Assembly: GCA_963841655.1 (NCBI GenBank)
Contig: CAWJDR010000003.1
Span: 74,854 to 138,853, forward strand
Length of the DNA: 64,000 bases
DNA from: an uncultured Acidobacteriota bacterium
GTDB lineage: Bacteria > Acidobacteriota > Terriglobia > Terriglobales > Acidobacteriaceae
Direction of reading: 5' to 3'
Shown piece after piece: positions 58,619 to 64,000 of the stretch. How positions within the stretch are numbered: the stretch's first letter is position 1; every line of letters begins with the position of its first letter. The position numbers and the translations under genes are program-made. Below the pieces are notes generated by a model. That model was not told the origin of the DNA. It saw only the letters and a list, made by a program, of their open reading frames with translations, and did not search any database.

Positions 58619-60662
58619 CTACTGCAAGTCCCTGGGAATCATCTCCTCCCAAGTCTTGGTCTTGATCAGACTCCCGTCTTTCCGCAGTTCGCGGGTGTAC
58701 TTGTAGAAGTAGTTCTTCGCATCGCTGGTAAACGACAGGTGTCCGCTCCATACCAGCACGCGATCCTTGAGTTCGAGTGTCGTTTCGGCTTCGCCGTGAA
58801 TCACATTCACATCGGGATGAGCATCCTCGATCTCGTAGGTGAGTTTCTCCAGGTCGGTTTCTTTGCCCCAGGGATATTCGCCGCCCATCTTGCCTTTCCA
58901 GAGCACGGTCGTCTTCTGGTGTCCTTCATCGCGGGTCACCAGCCACTCCCCGGGCCAGGGAAATCCGAGAGACTTCAAATCTGTGCGCTCCTCGGCTGGT
59001 TGCGGTGGGGAAATGCTTGCGGCGGCGCCCTTGACCGGCACAACCGGCAGGGTTACCCGTGAACCTCCAGCGCCTCCGAGTTCAAGCGCAGTGGTCATGT
59101 TGTAGGGAGTTGAGAGAACCATGGGCCACAACGCATTTGAGACCGACAGTCGGATTCGGTGTCCCTTTGGAAAAACCCAGGTGGTCAAATGCATTTCCAC
59201 ATCGAGGTCATAAACCTTGCCGGGCTCAAGCGGTTTCGGATCGCTCATCGAATCGCGCTGTGCGCCGCTCTTTCCGGCGCCGGTGATCTGGGTGACCGTT
59301 CCATCGGGAGCAACATCCGAGAGACGCGCGAACCAGTTGGCAAGAGGCGCATCCGCGGAGCCTCTTAGCAATGCGTGCGGTCGTCCCATAAGCGCCAACT
59401 CTTCCGGCAACGGCTCAGAATCATAGACCAGGCTAAACGCGTCCACCGGACGCTGATCGGACAAGCAATTCGCCCCACCAGAAGCCCGCTTCCACACCGA
59501 TCGACGGTATGTATTTCAGACTGTGAGTGTCCGGTCGAGAGACCGCACTTGCGAGCGTGTGATTGCTCTGCAGATAGAGAGTCGAGCTCTTCGCGTCCCG
59601 TGGTGGCCAGGTGTTCTCCGCCCGCCACTCTCCCGGAACGGTTTCCAGGTTCGGATCAGGAGGGAACCAGTGGCGCATAAATATGACGAGCTTGGGATCC
59701 TGCAGCACGCCCGTGTCACGGCCCTTGAGCCAATAGTCCCACCAGCGTACGGCGTCCTCGCGCCACTCGATACGCGGTCCAAAGTCAGCGTCATTGGGAT
59801 TCGAATGGTTCCACGGCCCGATCAGCGCCCGGATCGGTGCTTTCACTTGCTCGAGCATACGCGGAATACTGTCGCGGTAGCCATCTACTAAACCGCCAAT
59901 CAGGAAGCATGGAACCTTGATCTCACTCAGCGGCCGAACGGGACTTCGCCAGAAGGTTCCATCCCGCTGATGCTTGAAATACAGAAGGGACCAAGGTGCC
60001 GCGTCGAAGCGCGGACCGAGAACGCTCTCATCCAGCGTGTAATCGGGCGCGCCCGTCATTCCCGGTGCCATATCCATGTTCAACTCAAATTCATCGACGT
60101 GCATCATGCCATCGATGTAGTGGATATCGTCGTGGAATAGTTCCTCGGTGGCATCCGTCGCAATAATTGCCTTTAACTCCGGCGGATTCCGCATCGCCAT
60201 CTGCAAAGCGTTGAACCCACCCCACGAAATGCCGTACATCCCGACTCTTCCATTTGACCAGGGTTGCGTCGCGAGCCAGTGAATCACTTGTTCGCCGTCA
60301 ATCTGCTCCTGCTCCGAATACTCGCGATCAGTCGGTCTCCCCTCGCTGGCGCCGAATCCCCGGATATCGACGCGCGCGCCCACATAGCCTCTTCGAGCAA
60401 AATAAGCGTTCTTCGGATAGTCGCCCGCTGCGGTGCTGTCGTCTTTCCGGTAGGGCAGGTAATCGAGCACCGCAGGGAATTTCTCCCCTGGCTTCGCGCC
60501 GTCGGGCATATAGAGCGTCGCAGCTAGTCGCACGCCGTCTTTCATCGGAATCCACACTCGTTCCATGCGAACTCCGTAAGTAGGCGGAGACGGGGGTTCG
60601 ACGGCGAATGCTGTCGCGACTCGACAGAGCACGAAGCTAAGCAAAAGCGCTATTCGAAGCAA
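58619..60662 (-). pseudogene. CocE/NonD-family (S15 X-Pro dipeptidyl-peptidase-like) hydrolase; one frameshift as assembled
   Basis: ORF 59433..60662 has a signal peptide, an alpha/beta-hydrolase part and GISWGGFNA. Continuation ..GFWWG / NCLSDQRPVDAFSLVYDSEPL.. leads into ORF 58619..59497, the C-terminal beta-sandwich. The shift is at CCCC 59473-76. Confidence 0.8.
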
Positions 60663-60701
60663 CCTTCCTCCTGCGAACTAAATTGTCACGGATTCGGAAG
60701 A

Positions 60702-62093
60702 TCAGCTGTGCGAGGGATCCTGTTCTTTGCGGACGCTGCGAAGATCGATCCCCAACTGCTCGGCTTTCTTATACAGATGGCTGCGCTCCAGATGCAACGC
60801 CCTGGCGGCGCTTGTAACGTTGTACTGGCTGCGTTTCAGTTCGGCTAGAATGACCTCACGTTCGAATGTCTGGACGCGCTCGGCCAATGAGCCAGCACTT
60901 GGAATCCCCGCCGCTGACCCAGTGCCTGATTGCGGCATTGCAGTGCGAACGGTCGCGAAATCAACTTCGCCGTCGGGAGCCAGAAGCATTAGGCGTTCCA
61001 CCATGTTCCGCAATTCGCGAACATTTCCTGGCCACGAATGCGCCTGCAGCGCCTCGATCGCTTCCGCGCTGAAGGGAATCGGCTTCCATCCATTCTGAGC
61101 CGTCACCTGCGCAGCAAAGTGCTCGACCAGTGCTGGGATATCTTCCTTCCGTTCGCGCAGCGGAGGAAGAGCAAGTGGGAATACGTAAATTCTGTGAAAG
61201 AGATCCTGCCGAAACTTATGTTCCTTCACCTGGGCATCGAGATCACGATGAGTTGCGACTAGCACTCGCACGTCTACCCGTATGGGCTTTTCTCCGCCGA
61301 TGCGCTCGACTTCATTCTCCTCCAGGACGCGCAAGAGCTTGGCTTGCATATGCAGCGGCATATCGCCGATCTCGTCAAGAAAGATGGTGCCATGTTCGGC
61401 CTGCTCGAACTTGCCCACATGTCGCCCCGCCGCGCCCGTGAACGAGCCCTTCTCATGGCCGAACAGTTCTGACTCGATTAGTTCAGCGGGCACCGCGGCA
61501 CAATTCAGAGTGATAAACGGACCCGTAGCTCTCGGGCTACGCTCGTGCAGCGTTCGTGCCACCAATTCCTTACCAGTTCCGGTTTCGCCCAAAATGCACA
61601 CACGTGTTTCGCTGGCTGCCACCCGCTCCACCTGTGCCATAACCCGGCGCATCGCCTCGCCCTGCCAGACAATCTCGTGCTTTCCCAACCGTTGGCGAAG
61701 TTGCCGGTTTTCGCTTTCCAGACGCTGCAACCTTAAGGCGTTGTCGACCGTGAGAAGCAGTTTCTCGGTCGAGATCGGTTTCTCAAGGAAATCCAGCGCT
61801 CCCAATCGGGTTGCGCGCACGGCCATCTCGATGTGCGCCTGGCCCGACATCATCACCACGGGCGAGGTGACACCCTGCGCCTTAAGATCCTCCAGGAGCG
61901 AGAGCCCATCCTTGCCCGGCATGACCACGTCGGAGAGGATCAGATCGAAAGTCTGTGCTTTCGCGAGATCAAGCGCCTTGGCCGCGTTGTCGCACACGAC
62001 TGCTTCGTGGCCTGCGAGACGAAACGCTCGCGACAGAGAAGCCAGTGTGTTGGCTTCGTCATCCACGATCAGAAGGTGTGCTCTCTGCGGCAA
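60702..62093 (-). CDS. sigma-54-dependent response regulator (NtrC family)
   Basis: 463 aa. REC domain (ILSDVVMPGKDG), AAA+ domain with GETGTGKE and GAFTGA-like EKGSFTGA, C-terminal Fis-type HTH. Confidence 0.93.
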   Translation of the reverse strand: MPQRAHLLIVDDEANTLASLSRAFRLAGHEAVVCDNAAKALDLAKAQTFDLILSDVVMPGKDGLSLLEDLKAQGVTSPVVMMSGQAHIEMAVRATRLGALDFLEKPISTEKLLLTVDNALRLQRLESENRQLRQRLGKHEIVWQGEAMRRVMAQVERVAASETRVCILGETGTGKELVARTLHERSPRATGPFITLNCAAVPAELIESELFGHEKGSFTGAAGRHVGKFEQAEHGTIFLDEIGDMPLHMQAKLLRVLEENEVERIGGEKPIRVDVRVLVATHRDLDAQVKEHKFRQDLFHRIYVFPLALPPLRERKEDIPALVEHFAAQVTAQNGWKPIPFSAEAIEALQAHSWPGNVRELRNMVERLMLLAPDGEVDFATVRTAMPQSGTGSAAGIPSAGSLAERVQTFEREVILAELKRSQYNVTSAARALHLERSHLYKKAEQLGIDLRSVRKEQDPSHS

Positions 62094-62104
62094 TCCAGTC
62101 TCCT

Positions 62105-63940
62105 TTACTGACTTCGAGTCACGGCCGCGGAATTGCGTTGCACCGGCGCGTGCAGTTTATCCAGATTCATCGGTAGCTCGATCAGAAATGTGGTGCCTCG
62201 ACCCGGCTGGCTCTGCACACTGATCCTGCCTCCATGGTCGCTGACCACCGACTGCACGATGGCCAACCCAAGTCCCGTTCCATGCTGCTTGTTGGTGTAG
62301 TAGGGGGTGAACAGTCGTTGGCACTCTTCACCCGTGAGTCCGCCTCCGGTGTCACCCACACGGATGTGCACGCGATCAAGATCGCGCCGCGTACTGAGAC
62401 TCAAAGTTCCTCCCTGCGGCATGGCGTCCATCGCGTTCAGTACGAGATTGGAGATCGCACGATGCAGCAACTCCGGATCGGCGGCGATCGGATCCAGATC
62501 CTCCGTCAACTCCAGTCGGCATTCTATGGCCGCACCATTACGCGACTCCAGTTGCGCCTGAAATAGACGCGCCACACCCCGCACCAAATCATTTATCTGC
62601 ACGCGCTGAAATTGTGGCTGCGGCATCTTGGAGAACTCGCTGAAGCGCGCAATGATCTGCTTCAAGTTGCTGATTTCCGCCAGCAAGGTCGCCGAACTTT
62701 CGCGGAAGATTTCCTCAAACATCTGCGGACTTTGGTCGCGTGCCCGAATCAGATTCTCCACTGTTAATTGCAGCGGGAACAATGGGTTCTTCAACTCGTG
62801 CGCCAGGCGTCGCGCGAGTTCGCGCCAGGCCGCCACTCGCTCGGTCTGGACCAGTTGTTCCTTTTGCTCCAGCAATTCCCGCGTCATGCGGTTAAATGCT
62901 TCAGCCAGGTCTCCCACTTCGTCGTGCGAGCTGACCTCAACCTCCGTATTCAAATTTCCCGCAGCGACCTCGCGGACTGCCGTTGCTAGCCTTTCCACGG
63001 GGCGTGTGACGCGTGCCGCCGCCCAACTGCTGAGCAGTATCGCCAGCAGAATCCCGGCACCGCCTACCAGCATGGCGGCAGACTGGATGTGCCGCTTCAC
63101 CTCCACGTAAGGTCGGCGGGAACTGCCGATTAACAGAATGCCCAGCGTCTTGTCGTCGGGTCCGCTCAGAGGAATCGCGTGGATGGTTTCGTCTTCCGCC
63201 GGATCGGACGACCAGTGCATGAGTTGGGTCATCTCGCGTCCCTGCTTCTGAACTGCTTCAATCAACGATGCGAGCGCCTCGGGATGTTTCGCGTCGCCCG
63301 ACGCATCGATCAGCATCTGCGGTGTGAATCCGGTGCCCGAGACCCGGTACAGCATGACCCTCATTCCGGCCGGCAGTTCCAACGCTGCGAGAGCATTTTT
63401 GTCCAGCCGCCTCCCGCCGACAACGTAGAGAGCCTTGTCCCCTACCGTTGCAGGTCGTACTGCGAACAAGCCAAGCGTTGCACCTTCGGTCAGATCCTCC
63501 TGCTTTAGAAAAGCAGGCTTGCTAACCAGTTGCTGCAAATTCACAAGCGAGGTCTCAGGGTATCCGAACTTTGCGGGTGATTGCGCCGAAGACACAATAA
63601 TGCCCCGAGCGTCAACGAACTCGAGAAAGTCGAGCTGATGACTTTCGGCAACCGGACCCGCTTCGTTAAGATATCCGCCCTGCTGGGACGGCGAACGAGT
63701 CAACGCCAACGCCATTCGAGTTGTCGCCTCACTTGCGGCGATTGCTTCCACTCGTTGAACCACGTCATCGGAGCCCCGCCGGAATTCCCGCTGGAATTGT
63801 GCGACTAACGCAGCTGTTCGCTCTTCATTTGATCGCTCAAATGCGCGTCGCGTGACAAGCGAGACCAGCCACGCGACTGCTGCGACCGACAGAAAAACTG
63901 TCAGTGCGAATACCAACAGCAGCTTGCGGCGAAAGCTCAC
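62105..63940 (-). CDS. sensor histidine kinase (periplasmic sensor, HAMP, HisKA, HATPase_c)
   Basis: 611 aa. Two TM helices flank a sensor domain of about 250 aa. HAMP domain. H-box LAHELKNPL. N/G boxes (NLVLNAMDA, DTGGGL, GTGLGLAIV). GTGA overlap with an upstream ORF. Confidence 0.92.
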   Translation of the reverse strand: MSFRRKLLLVFALTVFLSVAAVAWLVSLVTRRAFERSNEERTAALVAQFQREFRRGSDDVVQRVEAIAASEATTRMALALTRSPSQQGGYLNEAGPVAESHQLDFLEFVDARGIIVSSAQSPAKFGYPETSLVNLQQLVSKPAFLKQEDLTEGATLGLFAVRPATVGDKALYVVGGRRLDKNALAALELPAGMRVMLYRVSGTGFTPQMLIDASGDAKHPEALASLIEAVQKQGREMTQLMHWSSDPAEDETIHAIPLSGPDDKTLGILLIGSSRRPYVEVKRHIQSAAMLVGGAGILLAILLSSWAAARVTRPVERLATAVREVAAGNLNTEVEVSSHDEVGDLAEAFNRMTRELLEQKEQLVQTERVAAWRELARRLAHELKNPLFPLQLTVENLIRARDQSPQMFEEIFRESSATLLAEISNLKQIIARFSEFSKMPQPQFQRVQINDLVRGVARLFQAQLESRNGAAIECRLELTEDLDPIAADPELLHRAISNLVLNAMDAMPQGGTLSLSTRRDLDRVHIRVGDTGGGLTGEECQRLFTPYYTNKQHGTGLGLAIVQSVVSDHGGRISVQSQPGRGTTFLIELPMNLDKLHAPVQRNSAAVTRSQ

Positions 63941-64000
63941 GGGCGACTACTCCCCAGCCACACGTCTTCCAGGTGCCAGCTGCCGTCACGATCTTGGTCC
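63937..64000 (-). CDS. 3' end of an unidentified gene (21 codons in window)
   Basis: Open frame ..DQDRDGSWHLEDVWLGSSRP with a stop that overlaps the kinase GTG. Too short to assign. Confidence 0.25.
   Translation of the reverse strand, partial: DQDRDGSWHLEDVWLGSSRP

Noticed and set aside
60663-60701. Search for sigma-54 -24/-12 promoters (TGGCAC-N5-TTGC) near the NtrC-family regulator and elsewhere
   Set aside because: No match with correct spacing was found in intergenic DNA. TGGCAC strings at about 19548, 19603 and 28108 lie inside genes and lack the TTGC element. The 39-nt gap before the CocE-like gene holds only a Shine-Dalgarno sequence.
61282-62223. 313-aa plus-strand ORF
   Set aside because: It is antisense to the NtrC-family regulator and the kinase 3' end. 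The composition is Ser/Arg-rich and looks spurious.
1-64000. Mobile elements, CRISPR arrays, tRNA/rRNA genes and defence systems
   Set aside because: No transposase, integrase or phage-like ORFs were seen. No spaced direct-repeat arrays were seen. No cloverleaf-like GTTCGAATC-type sequences were found in the intergenic regions inspected. All large ORFs are accounted for by metabolic, redox, transport or signalling functions.

Overview
GC-rich chromosomal segment of a Gram-negative bacterium, dominated by housekeeping biosynthesis. Gene content (CarboxypepD_reg-type outer-membrane protein, LVIVD repeats, many multihaem cytochromes) suggests Acidobacteriota, but this is a guess. No rRNA, tRNA, CRISPR, transposase, integrase or phage genes were seen. 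Layout: ABC permease (partial); ilvBN; lysC-hom; tandem-GlcG lipoprotein; FecR plus CHASE2 cyclase; zwf. A redox island follows at 13.5-27.1 kb: outer-membrane barrel, 1245-aa multihaem cytochrome fused to LVIVD repeats, and an operon of NuoEF flavoprotein, Fe-S protein with two cNMP-binding domains, 5-TM His-rich protein and a roughly 10-haem cytochrome, plus a c554-like cytochrome. Next come GH63-like hydrolase, RCK K+ channel, aldehyde dehydrogenase, DAACS symporter, gluQ, HpcH aldolase and a Zn-peptidase/ATP-grasp pair. Then hisIGDCBHFA, a divergent sir-siroheme-cysH-tauE operon, dps, a TetR-flanked methylamine-type cluster (BHMT, DAO, CrtI-like, Rieske), two peptidase/amidohydrolase genes and a sigma54-type two-component pair. 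Three results stand out. (1) Three ribosome-stalling leader-peptide attenuators share one design: a 10-Cys leader before the sulfite reductase operon, a His-run leader before the his operon (these two back-to-back and apparently leaderless), and a Val/Ile leader before ilvBN. (2) A candidate NAD(P)H-to-periplasm electron-export operon has an Fe-S subunit carrying two intact cyclic-nucleotide-binding domains. (3) About 20 single-base frameshifts, mostly +1 and in homopolymers, split otherwise well-conserved genes. Half lie in 36.4-44.4 kb, so the sequence is probably error-prone. Such genes are listed full-span as pseudogene 'as assembled'. All family calls come from reading motifs by eye; no database search was run.
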